Positions 25,812 to 39,939 of a stretch of 64,000 nucleotides of DNA are shown one piece after another (position 1 is the first letter of the stretch; each line of letters opens with the position of its first letter). This stretch comes from Chiloscyllium plagiosum (Eukaryota). Position numbers and translations under genes: made by a program. The notes beneath the pieces are model-generated. The model did not search any database and was not told where the DNA came from. It saw only the letters and a program-made list of their open reading frames with translations. Location of the stretch: the NCBI RefSeq assembly GCF_004010195.1, contig NC_057719.1, forward strand, positions 48,405,896 through 48,469,895. Direction: 5' to 3'.

Positions 25812-26779
25812 ATATATTGCATCTACTGCTTTCTCTTTATCTATCCTGCATGTATTAATTGATATTTACTTGGTTATCATTCATTAGATGTTTAGAGCCA
25901 CAAAAGTTTATTGGTGTTCTCAATTATAAGCTAGACAAAATGTGGCTCATTCAGTTTTGTTGTTGGCTCCAGCAAATATTTAGTACCTTTGCTATCAAAA
26001 TCATTTCCCTCCTATGCCTTTGGTATTGGCTCATTAAAATAGTTTGCTGAGGATAAATGTAAATGTGAGCAGAGTTTCTAGCCTCATAACAATGAAAAGC
26101 AAAATGAAAAGCAAAGCCTTTTATTTGAGCTGGCAGTTGTCAAATATGGACCCTAAACATTCAATGGCTATTAATGAAATAAACAGCAATTCATTTATAC
26201 AATGTATCTGTAGAAACACTTACCCGAAGCACAAGGCATTCACAGACTGATGTTTGCTCCAAAGTGCCTTGCCGTCAAACAAATAACTTTGAAATTCATT
26301 CGATGTTGTTATGTAAGCACATTCAGTTCAAAGGTTTTTACACCACAGAATCCCACAAACGGAATGTGAAAAACACTTTCTTTAGTTTTGTATTTTTGAT
26401 TGTGAACTAAAATAGGAAAACAATTGTGTTAAAACCGAAGGATTGTTGAAGGATTATTGAATATTTTAAAAGCAAGTTAACAGACATTCATTGTAAGTGC
26501 TGATTATACAACTGTTGGTTCAAGCAATAGCAAAAGCCTCATTAGAAACAAGCTAGAGCCAAGGAGTTGTACAAATGGAGATTCAGCCAACAACAGGTAG
26601 CTAATTGGTCTGTGAATGGTGACCAATTATCGATGGCTATGACTTCCAGGTAGCTAAACATTTTGAGGGTGAATGTGTGGGTAAGAAGCAATTGGACCAG
26701 GAAAAGAGCTGGTTTGTTGTGTAGTAAAAAGCATTTCAAGCTTAAAGATACTGGTTTATTTCAATACTGTGATTAAAAT

Positions 26780-27056
26780 TAATGATGTGAAAAAGTCTGT
26801 AACGAGAACAGCATCCTTGTTGGTTGAAACCAGAAAAATAAGCTCAGCTGGAAACAGATTCAGTGCATGTTGGAAAATTACTTGATTGAATCTAGTCAAA
26901 GCAATTACTGTTCAACAATAGTGTTTATTCCTAAACTGGATGAAGAATTAGGTTTTGCATAGATTATAGAAAAGTAAATATCATCACAAAAACAGGTTTA
27001 TACCCAATATTACTGCTAGAAGACTATTTAGATAAGGTTGATAATCTTATTCCTAT
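26780..27056 (+). mobile_element. Old Gypsy RT remnant, 5' part (host of the Gmr1-type insertion)
   Basis: Frameshifted IESSQSNYCSTIVFIPK...FCIDYRKVN..TKT..YP; resumes after 33542. Confidence 0.65.
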
Positions 27057-28398
27057 TGTTACGGCTTGGCAGTGAAGCCTTCTGTTAATTGAACCAAACA
27101 TCCAGAAAGGCTCACCTCCCTTTGTAATCTGCTAAAATATGAGCGACAGAACTCCCCTAATTTCACTGTTGAAAGAAAATAACATCAATTTATTCTTTAA
27201 TCCTAAAAGTGAACATTAAGCAACAACTATTCACAACTCTAAGCCACCCTTTATTTTAATTGCTTATTACCTGCCTCCAACTCTATAACAATATACTGAT
27301 CCAATAAAACATTTATTAAAATTACATCAACTTAATTTCAAAACCACATAGTGGCTGTTGTCTTTGGAGTCTTTCTTGTTCCGGCTGAAGCTCTCCCTGG
27401 GTTGTCGTCTTTCTTACTGTGAAGATGTTTCATATGAAAAAGTATCTTCAGTAGGGAGGATCTTTTTGTCTGTCTCTCTCTCTCTATGGCAGTTGCTCTG
27501 TCTGCTTTTCAAAATGCCTGCCTTTTTTGTATCCTCAACGTCGGATTGTCTCATTGGTTCAATGTTGGCAAAACAATAAATTCAAATTCAATTGGGTTTT
27601 AGTATCCTGGGGCATAATTTAAACTGGTTAAATTTGAATTGTTGTCAAAACAGCAACCAACTCAATTATCTATTTCACAGAAAAATGTTACATATTTTCA
27701 ATTTCCCATTGCACTCAGAGTGCTTTTGTAAGCTCACAATGCAGAACAGCATTCACTCTTTATTAAAGATAAGTACATGCCTTCAACATCATAACACCTT
27801 CCTGCTTAAAAAATAAATGAATTATCATAATGAAAAGATGGCTTCACTTTTTAAAAAATTCTTAATCACATTACAATGAAATATATAGGTCATTAATCTA
27901 AGTTCATATTAATTTCTGCACATATATATAACATTGGAATCTGTTCAATCTTATCTATACTTCTTCCTGTAAATCTGCGATAATACATTTGCTGTCTCAC
28001 TTTTACGACCTGCAACATATACCATTTATAAATTAAAAAGTCTGTAACATAAGACTCCAGTGAAATAGTCTCATATTTTTGTCTTTAAATCGTTCCAAGA
28101 ATGTAAGAGGATTGTGGTCTACGTACACAACTGTCTTCGACACATTGTTTATCACATAAACATTAAAATGTTGTAAGGCCAGTACCAAACTCAATAATTC
28201 TTTTTCAGTGGTAGAGTATTTTCTCTGGTGGGTGTTGAGTTTCTTTGAAAAGTAGCCAATTAGCTGTTCAATTCCATCACCAACTTCAGCAGTAGTACAG
28301 TTCCAACTCCTATATCGCTAGCATTCCTTGCAACGCTGAAGGATTTAAAAAACTTTGATGTAGCTAAAACTGGTGCGGTGATTAATACTGCTTTAAAA

Positions 28399-29115
28399 TT
28401 TTTTAGAAGGTGTGGGTGAACTGTACCTTTTAAGAGAGTTAAAAACTAGCAGTGACAGCACCAAGTGTTCTCAATAAGACACAACGTAACATGTGCTCCA
28501 GCTACTGGAGTAGCTGGTTGCTTGGAAACGGCAAGAAAACAGATTTGAATTAGGCCAATCAATTTAACTTATACCCCAAAAAATACCAAATTCCAATCAA
28601 GTTTGAATTGAGTATATTGACAATCTTAAAAGCTGCGGACACAATCCGGTGCTCTGGGGTTTAAGACCGGGGGAAAATTGAACAATTGGGAGGAGAACTG
28701 CCAAGCCCAGCATGTAAACAGACTGCCTGAAAAATAGCTCTCTTAAAATGTACCTTTTTGATCAGTAACCTGTGATGCAGAAATTCCTAAAAAGAAGAAA
28801 AGAAGAGACAGGAAGATCCAAATAGAAGAACAGAAAGCTGCCTGGTTTTGAGATAAGAAATGTTGTTTTGTAAATCTTAATTGAGAGTTTTATCTGACTA
28901 GTATTATAGAAGGGAAGGCAAAAGATGGGTTAGAGTAAGGACTTGTACATAGTTGTTAGTTAATTATTCTCTGTTATGCTTTAAGGAATAAAGTTGTTAA
29001 TATTACTTCAAATAGTTCTTGGCTTCTCTAAGTTTTACAAATTACTGCATGGGATAAATCTTTTCTGTGTTGCTGGTTTTAAATTAAGCAGGAGGGTTTA
29101 CCCTGTGTCGTAACA
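28399..29115 (+). mobile_element. Solo LTR of a related family, nested antisense between RT and RNase H
   Basis: Start gaaggtgtgggtgaactgtaccttttaagagag resembles the host LTR start (tgttatgaa..gtgtgtactgtacctctaagagag); ends gtcgtaaca; contains aataaa; pol sequence resumes on both sides. Confidence 0.75.
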
Positions 29116-31791
29116 AGTTCTCAAATGCCACCTGGCATTATTCTGTCCACCGATATTTTGTGTTCTTTAGTAAATCTGCTAGCGGTGCTACCAAGGTGCT
29201 GAAGTTTGGAACAAACATCTGATAGAATCTGCTTCGTCCCAAAAATCGAAGCACCTCTTTCTTTGAGGATGGTCGTGGAAATTCCTCAATGGCCATCGTC
29301 TTTGCATTCCTTGGGGTCAACCTTCCATGACTGATGTTACGTCCCAAGAATGTCACCTCTGACTTTGCCTTTGTGAATTCTGTTTTCTTTACGTTTATTA
29401 CCAGTTTTATTTATCGTAATCATTCAAAGAGCTCTGCTACCTGTACCATGTGATCTTCACACGACTCTCTAAAGAGCACTACATCATCCAGATAAACCAT
29501 ACAGTTTGTTAATCCAGCCACAACGCTGTTCATGAGTCTTTGTAATGTTCCTGGTGTGTTCTTCATTCCAAAAGGCATCACTCTGAATTGATATATTTGG
29601 GGTTACAGAAACCTCTTTCACTTTCTCTGATAAAGGTACCTACCAATAACCATGCACTAAGTTCAACTTTGTGATGTAAGTGCTTGTCCAATTTTTCTCT
29701 ATACAATCCACCAATCTTGGTATTGGGTATGAGTCCGATTTTGTTATGGCATTGACCTTCTGATAGTCCACATAAAATTGTTGAGTTCTGTTAGGGATAG
29801 GAACTAACATGATCGGTGAACTCCACTTACTCTGACTCAGTTCGATGGTATCTTCTGGACCTGTGCAGCTCTGAAAGGATTATGTCTGTAGGGGTTTTGT
29901 TTTATTGGAACAGCATTCTCTACTTCTACCTCATGCACAATAGTATTAGTCCTCCCCATCTTATTCCTGCATATATCCTCATATTGCTGCAACAAACCTT
30001 TCAACTGGATTCTTTGCTCCTGAGACAGATAGTTCACTAACCTATCCCAATCCTTAAAGACTTCCTCATTGTTCAACATATTTTGAGCCACATCAAACTC
30101 CATGACATCTGAATTTGATTCCTCACTCTGCGGGGTAGTAACTAACACCTGTTTCTCCAGTTCCCTATCTCTATTATTAGTAAGGTTTCAAGATATTCAC
30201 ATGGCATATCCGATACAGTTTTTTTTTCTATCCGCCAACTTTACCAGATAGTTTATCAGATAACTTTTACTCAGTTTGAAAGGGACCACTAAGCTTGGCT
30301 TCGAAGGGGTCTCCTACCACTGGTAACATTACTCATACACCATCCCCACAGGAAAACGTCTGAATTTTAGAGTTATATCTGCCACTTGCTTCATTCTATG
30401 CTGTGCCCTCTTCAGGTGCAGTTTAGCTAACTCACCTACCCGATTTAATCTCTCCCTTACCTCAGATACATAGTCCAAGTGTGAGTTCTCCAACTTTGGT
30501 CCTATCAATTTTTCTTTAATTAATTTCAAAGGCCCTCTCACTTCATGTCTGAAAATTAACTCAAAGGGAGTAAACTGAGTAGATTTGTTTGGGGCATCTC
30601 TAATGGCAAACAATACGAATGTGATACCTTTATCCCAATCATTTGGGTAATCCTGACAGTACGCTCTTAACATCGTCTTCAGAGTCTGACGCCACCATTC
30701 CAAAGCTCCCTGGGATTCAGGATGGTACGCACTTGATTTACAGTGTTGTATGCCTAAGCTGTCCATGACATCCTTAACTAGCCTAGCAGTAAAATTAGAC
30801 CCTTGGTCTGACTGAATCTTTCCGCATAGCCCATATTGTGTCTAGAAAGTTACTAACTCCTTCATCACCATTTTTGCCTTAACACTCCGTAGTGAAATGC
30901 CTCTGGAAATCTGATAGACACATCTGTTATGGTTAGCAAGTACTGGTTCTTATTTTTAGGTTGATTGTGTAGGTCCCCTTCCTAAATCATAGCCTTTGTG
31001 AAAGGTTCTTCGAATGTGGGAATAGGCCACAGAGGTGCTGGTTTTGATTACAGAATGTGGCTTATCTACCATTTGGCATGTATGACATGTGTGGCAAAAT
31101 TTAACCACATCCTTGTGCAGTCCAGATCAATAGAAATGCTTTTGTACCTTAGCCTGAGTCTTCCTTACACCTACATGACCTCCTACTGGTAGTTCATGTA
31201 CTACCCGTAACACTTCCTGTCTGTATGTTACCAGCAACACGATCTGGTGCATTTCTGTCCATTTCTCCTCTGCACTAACCTACCACGGCCTCCATTTTCA
31301 TTTTAGGATTTTATCTTTAAGATAATAACTTTTAGGAATGCATTCTGATTCCTTTTCTGAGTATGTATCAATACATATCTTTTATTGTCTCGTCTTTCTG
31401 TTGTAAGTCCATTAGCCTTTCAGGACTAAACACGTCTGCCTATTCAGGTTTTTCATGAACCATTACATCAAACAGGGTGTCCACCAAGACCTTGTTTGTC
31501 TTTCTCTTTAGTTTTTGCTTCTTGCTGTGACTTATGATAGTGGGATCTTGTTACTACACAGTCTGAAAAAATTCCATAGTTTTTCTTGCTTTTAACTCCT
31601 TAGTTCCCTGGTCTTCCTTTGGCTTCTCCACAAGGAGGGGTGTCACTTCCACTGTTACTTCCACATTCTTGAGTTGGCTCTCCAACCTGATCTTACATAG
31701 GGGAACACTAAAATTAAATTAATCTATTCTACAGATGACCACTCTCTGGGTAACATGTTAGAAACAATGCAAATATGTTCATTTCTTACTA

Positions 31792-32135
31792 CAGGTACAC
31801 TACCCTTTATCCGAAACCCTTGGGGCCAGCTGGTTTTCGGAATTCAGAATATTTTGGAATTTGGAGTAAGTAACAGTTTAACGGTGAAAAAAAAACTTAA
31901 CGCACAGCAGACGCACCTGTGAGTACTGCTAGCACTGAGCCAGAATTGATGCCTGCCAGTGCTGGGCCACGCAGCCACATCATATCTGAGTGAGGTGAAT
32001 TGAGTGGGTGTGGAGTTGGGTTAACCGTTTGCATGCCAAACAACTTTGTTATACAGAAAAAAATTTCACGTAAGAAAAATCTGTATTTCGGAGCTTTTCG
32101 GATTTTGGCATTTCAGATAAAGGATTGTTTACCTG
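31792..32135. mobile_element. Tc1/pogo-like MITE nested in the LTR element
   Basis: TIRs caggtacactaccctttatccgaaa and tttcagataaaggattgtttacctg; TA at the left, TG at the right. Confidence 0.75.
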
Positions 32136-33542
32136 TGTTAGAGACTAGTTAGATCTCGTATTTCTCAAAATTATAACTTCTTTACCCCTGTTCTTCTTGA
32201 GTAAACTTCGCTACAGAGGTGAAGTCTTTACAGAGATCAGGCACTAACTCAATACCCAGCCCCTGATTAGACTGTGCACTGTCCTCTGCAGCTCCTTGAT
32301 TTTTCTTGGGTTTTCCTTTACTTCTTTAAGTAATGCCATCTTTTCCCACGGTACCTTTCTTCAACGACCAGCACTATGTCTTTACGTGCCCCCACCTTCT
32401 GGCAGTGAAAACAGCTTTTCCCAGCACTGTAATTTTCTGTGTCCCACTCCATCACAGTGAAAACACCTGAGGCCTTTCACCTCCTTTCCACCCTCTTGGG
32501 CTTCTTTTTCCACCTGTGGTAAACTATTACCGGTGTGCTCTAATCTTTGTTTTCCAGTATAGGATCTTCCTTTCTCCCAGTTTCTATCCCTCACAGGATG
32601 AAATTCATGCTGGAAGCTAAGTTTTGCCTCATGCATATTCATCTGCCATCTCTGTCACTCTTCTCACTTCTTCAACTTTCTGATCATCCACATGAATTCT
32701 TATCATTTCTGGAAGTGAGTTTTTAAACTCTTCTAGCAGAATAACTTCTCTCAGAGCCTCATAGACCATATCTATTTTTAAGGCCCACACCCATTTATCA
32801 AAATTGCTATGTTTAATTCTTTCAAACTCAACGTAAGTCTGATCTGGTTCCTTCTTTAGCTTCTGAACCACTGTCTATACACTTCTGGTACCAATTCATA
32901 AGCAGTAAAAATAGTCTGTTTGACATCTGCATAATCTCTTGACCCCCTTGTCTGACAGCGCCACAAATACCTCACTAGCTCTGCTGACCAGCTTAGTCTG
33001 AACTAGTATTATTCACAAGTTCTCTAACCATTCCATCTGCCCAGCCAATTTTTCAAATGAAATAATGAAGGCTTCAACATTGTCTCAGCAAAATGTGGCA
33101 ATGTTTTAATATATTAGTATACATCACTACCTTCTGTCTTCATCTCCATCCTGTTAACTTGACTTTCCTGACTAATTCACAACTTCTGAAGTTCTCTTTC
33201 TCTCTCTCTCTTTCTCTTTGCTCAGCTAAGATCCTGCTCTCTCTTTCTTTGTCTTCTAACTCCATTTGCCTCAATTGCAAGTCATCAGATTGTCTCATTG
33301 GTTCGATCTTGGCAACTCAATAAATTTAAACTCAATTGAGTTTTAGTATCCGGGGCATAGTTTCGTTTGGTTAAATTCAAATTGTTGTCAAAACAGCAAC
33401 CAACTCAGGTATCTATTTCGCAGCCAAATGTTGCATATTTTCAATTTTCTTGTACACTCTGAGACTGCTTTTGCAAGCTCTCAGTGCAGAACAGCATTCA
33501 CTCTCTCTTAGAGGTACAGTACACACTTTCAATTTCATAACA

Positions 33543-33830
33543 CTGTAACATTTATGTATTGAAGATGCACTAATTAGTACAATTATCATCAATAGCTGAA
33601 GAAATATCCACTTCTGTTACACCAAATGCCTGATACCAGCATTGAGTGATGTCATTTAGGGTAAGGAGTACCTTATCTATATTCCAGAGGCTTATGAATC
33701 AAGTCATATCTGAAATTCTAAACTATAGTTTATTTAAGCAATGTTGTGGTTTATAGTAATGCATTGATAGAGCATGCAGGACAAGTAGAAGATGTTGGCT
33801 AACTTAATCATTAACCTCGCCAAACGTTGA
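33543..33830 (+). mobile_element. Old Gypsy RT remnant, 3' part
   Basis: EISTSVTPNA*YQH*VMSF..IFQRLMNQV continues the RT broken at 27056. Confidence 0.6.
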
Positions 33831-36049
33831 TGTTAATCACTTGAACGTGAGCGCATTCTTGTTGCAGGATGAATGAAAGAATCCAGTGGCTGCTAGTGTG
33901 ACATAAATGACTAGTTATCTTTATATTTTAAAACATCAGTACTGTAAATGACATTGGAAAGAGATCCTCTAACTCATGGAGAGTCCTTTATGCTCTCCTG
34001 AACACACAGATGTGTCCTGTTATCCAAACTTATGGTGCTACTGAATTCAGCAGATTCCATTTTTAAAAAATGTCTGGTCTGAAATATTGTTGTTTTTATT
34101 TTATTTAACATGTCGGTCATTCTTAGAAGTTTAGCCATATGAGGCTGCAGAACCTCTTTAACAACAGAATAGAAGTTCACTACGATAAAACTGAAAGCAA
34201 TAATAGGAAAACCAAGGTATGTAGGCATAGAACACCGAATAAAATTTTAAAACACAGGAAAACATGGGTTCAGTCTGTTTTTCAACACCGTTACTTTACA
34301 GTGATACAAATTCATATAACAACATAGCTAGTTCTCCCCATTTTCTCCTGTGAACTATGAAGTCTTCTTACTTGACAGCCATAAAGATGAGACTTTTTCA
34401 ACTTCTGTAGTCTGTAACTTTCTAACAAAAGCTTGGTCTGTAAGTTGCTCAAGCTAAAATTTCTTTAATGAGGTTCAGGATTAGCACACTTAACTATCTA
34501 TATTTTAGCAAAGAACTGGATTTCCTCTCACTCCAGTTACCTCTCCTGTGAACTGTTGAGAAATTACAAATTAATATCAACTCTTGATTGTTTTGAACGA
34601 AATGCAAGGTGGCCTTCAATGGCCTCTCACCTGTCATAAACCACCACAGTAATAGTAATCTTTCATTATCACCAGATTAGGTCACTGTTCTGAAAAAACT
34701 GTCTGACCTTTTTTTTAATTAAACCATTCAAAAAGTCACCAACTCCACGCGGCACTATTTTAAAATCCAACCTTTATAATCAAAAACCTTTCATTGCAGT
34801 GCTTAACTTAAGACGTGTGAAAGACTGGAACTTTGGCATTTCATGCTCAGTATGGGTCTGAAATATCAGGCTAGGTTGTGTGCTGAAGTACAGGCACAGA
34901 TCTTGAGCCAATGACCAATTTGCTTAGTGCTAAGGGTACATTAGATTTACTTGCAATTTTGTGTATTTCTCTCTTTATCTCCTGAAAACCACGGTTCATG
35001 CTTGGCAACAGGATGTTGCAAGGTGGGAAGAATGAGGAGAGTCAAGATTTAAAAAAACCCACATGTTATAATTCAAAAGTGGGTGCAAGAGTAGAGAGAT
35101 CTGGAAATACATGTGCATAAATCATGAAGGTGCATGAAAGTGCTTAAAGCATGTAGGAAAACGAATATTAAAGCGTGATAGTGAATAACTTAAGGGTGAA
35201 CTATAAAAACTTCTTCAGGTATATGAAGAGGAGGAGATTAGCAAGGTCAAATGTGGGTCCATTACAGTCAGAAACGGAACAATTTATAATGGACTGTCTA
35301 ATCCAGGGATTCAGATAACTCAGTAGTATCTTCTCTGTTGCTGCTTCTAGTCTGCATTTTTGATGTGAGGAGCATCTTACTTTGTTGAGACACAACATTT
35401 TAAACATTTGATGATTAAATTTTATATTTGCTATATTTGTTCTAAATTTACTTATGGTGTTTTGATGTAAGCTATTAATTAATAGGATGACAGCTTTTTC
35501 ATCACAAGTTATTTTTGACTTTATATCAATGCAAAACAGTGTTCTGAGCTTAAATTCATAGTTATTCTAGCAATGAATTCACAATGGACATTTTAAACTT
35601 TGCTTTTAAACTTCTTATTGTTAAGATTTGGCTCATTTAGCATTATATATCGATGGTGGTGAGCACATTCATGCAAGTGTATACATAGAATTGTGGTTCA
35701 TGCTATTAGAGAACAGTGCTGAATTAGCATTGTAACTAGTTACTGCTGGTTTTGTGTTGTTATAAAAAGGTATTATTCTCAATTCTCAACAGCACAGCAG
35801 TAAGCTTAGAATCAGACAACTCATTTGTAATCTTCTAGAGATAACTTTCCCTTCCACCTTTTACTAAAGTTGGCTATTATTCTTTGCACTTGATTCTATT
35901 CAGGTTTTTCGAAATAAGCATTCAAGTTATATTTTTAAATGAACCAAAAGCAGAACAGAATTTTATTTCGTTATCAGATGAAGTGACTTTTCAGAAGTAT
36001 TTAAAGAACTTAATTTTCAACAATAATAATTGCTTTTTGTAGTAGGGAT

Positions 36050-36650
36050 AACATACAAATTAAGAGCAGAAATAAGGAACTCAACTCTGAGCCTGTTCTG
36101 CCATTCCATAAGACCATAAGACATAGGAGCGGAAGTAAGGCCATTCGGCCCATCGAGTCCACTCCGCCATTCAATCATGGCTGATGGGCATTTCAACTCC
36201 ACTTACCCGCATTCTCCCCGTAGCCCTTAATTCCTTGTGACATCAAGAATTTATCAATTTCTGCCTTGAAGACATTTAGCGTCCCAGCCTCCACTGCACT
36301 CCAAGCCATGTATTATCTTGTAAGTTTCTATTAAATCTCCCCTTAATCTTCTAAACTCCAATGAATACAATCCCAGGATCCTCAGCCGTTCCTCATATGT
36401 TAGACCTACCATTCCAGGGATCATCCGTGTGAATCTCGGCTGGACGATCATGGCTGATCTGCTTATTTCATATTACTGCCTGTCCCCTTGCACCTCCTTG
36501 TTTATCAAAATATCTTTCTCCTTCAGCCTTAAAGATATTCAAGGATTCTGCTTCTGAGGAGAGCACCAAAGACATGACCCTTTGTATGAAAAGAATCTTT
36601 GTTTCTGCCTTAAATGGTCAATTCCTTATTTTTAAACCTAGTTCTAGGTT
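36050..36650 (-). mobile_element. Younger CR1 3' fragment (36108-36445) nested in an older CR1 3' end
   Basis: RFTRMIPGMVGLTYEERLRILGLYSLEFRRLRGDLIETYKI; ccataagaccataagac tail. Confidence 0.8.
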
Positions 36651-36764
36651 ACAGATGGGTATCAGCATCTATTATGCAGGAGTAAGTCAAACAGCAACTT
36701 CTGAATGTGCAAGTTAGGAAGTTTCTGTTTCAGTTGCTAAGCTCCGCCAGAAGCTTTGAGATAG

Positions 36765-37180
36765 TAAGGCGTTTGACAAGGTTCCCCATGGGAGACTGAT
36801 TAGCAAGGTTAGATCTCATGGAATACAGGGAGAACTAGCCATTTGGATACAGAACTGGCTCAAACGTAGAAGACAGAGGGTGGTGGTGGAGGGTTGTTTT
36901 TCATACTGGAGGCCTGTGACCGGTGGAGTGCCACAAGGATCGGTGCTGGGTCCTCTACTTTTTGTCATTTACATAAATGATTTGGATGTGAGCATAAGAG
37001 GTACAGTTAGTAAGTTTGTAGATGACACCAAAATTGGAGTGGACAGCGAAGAGGGTTACCCTCAGATTACAACAGGATCTGGACCAGATGGACCAATGTA
37101 AATTGGGTTGGGATTTCTGGTCGACATGGACGGGTTGGACCGAAGGGTCTGTTTCCATGCTGTACATCTCTATGACTCTA
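36765..37180 (+). mobile_element. CR1 LINE fragment with internal deletion
   Basis: [30 protein letters not shown] joined to the 3' tail ctctatgactcta. Confidence 0.9.
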
Positions 37181-38124
37181 TATGGATATATTGCTGACTC
37201 AGCATTCACATATGCACCCAGTCATGAATTTGCTGTACTTAGTGTGATCAATACCCATAGTTGCTGGCAGATAATTTTTTTAACACTGAAAGTTTTATTT
37301 TAAAATCGTTCAGTTTCATTTTGCTTTTAATTATTCTTGGAGATTACAAAAATATTATCTCTTATGTTTTTCTGTCTCTTTCAAAACAATATCTTCCCCT
37401 CAGTCACTGTATGTCCATGATTGAATTAAGTAATTTAGCTCACACTTCCTGGTTTAGCCTCCTTCTTCAATTTGGTCAAGACACTATATTCTGTGTTCTG
37501 CTGATATAGATGCCTGACACTCTAATTACTTTCTGTGCTTTGCCCCAGCCAGAGGTACCAGTCTTAACAGTCTTGTACTATATTGCTGTTTAGTGCGGAC
37601 ATAAAGTCAAGAAGCTTATCATGGAAACAGTTCTCAGTCAAGTCAAGGGAGATAGCCTTCAGTCGGGGCTCCTCGCATAGTAAGTCAAATGTAGCTTATG
37701 ATACCAGCCCAGGGCTTGCACACAGTTAGTTGGCCACTTAGGGTGGTCACTATCAAGATGCTCTTCACATAAGGAGTTAGGATCTGAATGTTAGTCAACT
37801 CGCCATCAATCTCCATTCTTCTTGTCCTTTTATGGCCTATTTTCCACATAGAATGAGAGAGAGAGAGAGAGACAGGTATGAAGGGAGATGAAGGTGGATG
37901 GCACAACTGTTACTTTTGGTACAGGTGGGGAAGACTCCTGACTAAGTGATTAGATGTTGCAGAAGGCATGTAAAACTATTGGTTTTGGAGATTGGGCTGG
38001 GTGAGATCGAATAAGGGAAGATATTGCAAGTAATAGTGAGAGAGAGTGTGAAAATTGGTAAGACGTGGATACAGTAACAGTGAATGAGCGGTATCTGAGA
38101 GAAGAGGCTGGCACTTGTTGGAGG

Positions 38125-38345
38125 TGTATAGCTGGACATTAATCCTTTTTCCTGCTTTGCATTCCTCTCTATTGGCTGGGACTGCACTACCACGGGTGGC
38201 AATCTTGGACCAGGCTAGCATTATTTGGTATTGTGGACTGCTCTGAAGGTTCTGGGGGAAGAGAACATCTCGACTGGTACCATCTCATCCATCAGGACTT
38301 CCAAGTCACTGCCTGCAATTTCCCCTTTAGTGCCATGTCTGAGAC
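38125..38345 (-). mobile_element. Possible Myb/SANT-like remnant of a PIF/Harbinger transposon
   Basis: Across frames: SDLEVLMDEMV..RDVLFP...LAWSKIATRGSAV...GKRIN, resembling Harbinger-type Myb/SANT proteins; heavily decayed. Confidence 0.4.
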
Positions 38346-39939
38346 AAATCTGAAGAACAGTGCTGGCCAGTTCCAGACTGCCAGCGCATGTCTGGGTGCA
38401 CAACAGCCTTTTAAAGACGGCATTGACACCAGGGATTCATTCAGTTGAGGATATCTCGGTACTGTGGGTTGCACTTGGGCAGAGCAGATAGTTATGATGC
38501 AATTTGCTAAAATATGAAAGGAAACCTTGTTAGGCTTCGTGCGCTAAACTGTCTTTAAAAATGTCAGTTCACCTGGCACTTAGCCAAAAAAATGTTGAAT
38601 CTTGTGTAGAAACTTGTTATACAATATTATATTTGTATATTCTAATTCATATTCAGTATTTTGAAACTATGATATTCATAATTAGTATAATGCATTGAAT
38701 ACAGCAGATAACAAGTGTAAATTATGCATGCCAGTTAAGTGGAAATCATTTATATTATAATAGTTTAAAGTAAGTGATTGTATCATGACTGACTGGAAGA
38801 CTTGACTTTTCCAACAGTGACAGAAGGCAATGGACAAGGAAATTATAAGTATTGGAAACTTCAAATTTTTAGAATTTATTTTCTACATCTTGCACCTGGT
38901 TGACTAGGATTGATTTAATTGTTTCTAATGAGCAGAAAACAATGATCCAATTTATATCCAGCTTAGTTTTTGGATATTTTCAATCAATGTCTTCGATCTG
39001 TAATGACACACCTCTAAAGCTTGTGGTACTTGAACCCTGGCCGCCTTGCCCATAGGTAGGGACACTACCCCAATGCAAGAAGAGCCCTAATGATTAAAAT
39101 TATAATAACTTCAGTATCAATTTAAAGAATATGCGACAATTATGTTACCTTGCCTTAAAGAATGTATAGTAACATTCTGGTTCATACAGTGTGTTCCTCC
39201 CCTGCAACACCTTTGCAATATCTAAGTGTTCATAATTAAAAGTGACAACTTTCTATCTGACTTTTTATTCACATGTAATTGCCTACAAACTTAATCACAG
39301 CCAGACACAGATAGGCAGTTCCATCAGTGATCTGGTGCATTAAGTTTTGGAATTTAATGAGGTTAAATTCCTTAATATCGTCTAATTTGTGATATTTTTC
39401 ATTTACAAAAACACTTTTTTTTGTCTTTTTTTGTAAGTATCAGCTTAATGTTGGTGGCTTTTGAAGTAATAACATGCTATTTTCCAAAGCTTTGTATTTT
39501 TGTGCTGTTTAAAAAAACCCTAATTAGGATTATGTACGCATAAGTAAATATTAGATATATTATGCTATCACCTTTCTCTTTTTGCTTTTACCACACTGAG
39601 TCTCAATTCTAGTGTGCATTCCAAACTTTATTTGACATGCTGGATAGTGCAGTGAACATGGGTCATGTGAGTGAAATCAATACTGTTTCATTGATTTGTA
39701 TTTGAAATATCAAGTCATAAATTTGATACAAATGGAAATAAAGATGGTATTTTTAAAATTATCACGTCCTTTAAACACGCAAAAATATGTTGTGCATTTT
39801 ATTCTTGATGTCTTTGTATCAATCAATTGAATAAATTATTGCTTAATTTCTCTGTTGACTCCTGAACCTCTTGATAGATGCAATTGGAAGTCTGCACTGT
39901 GTTAGAGATATTTTCAATCAACGTATTCAGATATGTTAT

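Larger units (their letters stand above)
27057..33542 (-). mobile_element. Gmr1-type Gypsy LTR retrotransposon (gag, integrase, RT, RNase H), decayed
   Basis: 3' LTR 27057-27796 (TG...CA) with adjacent PPT aagcaggaagg; partial 5' LTR ~33282-33542. Gag knuckle CFHCDGVGHRKLQC (~32440). Integrase SDQGSNF and SAYHPESQGALE (30330-31100). RT VYLDDV (~29490). RNase H VVYVDHNPL (~28110). Flanks ctat/ctgt. Confidence 0.9.
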
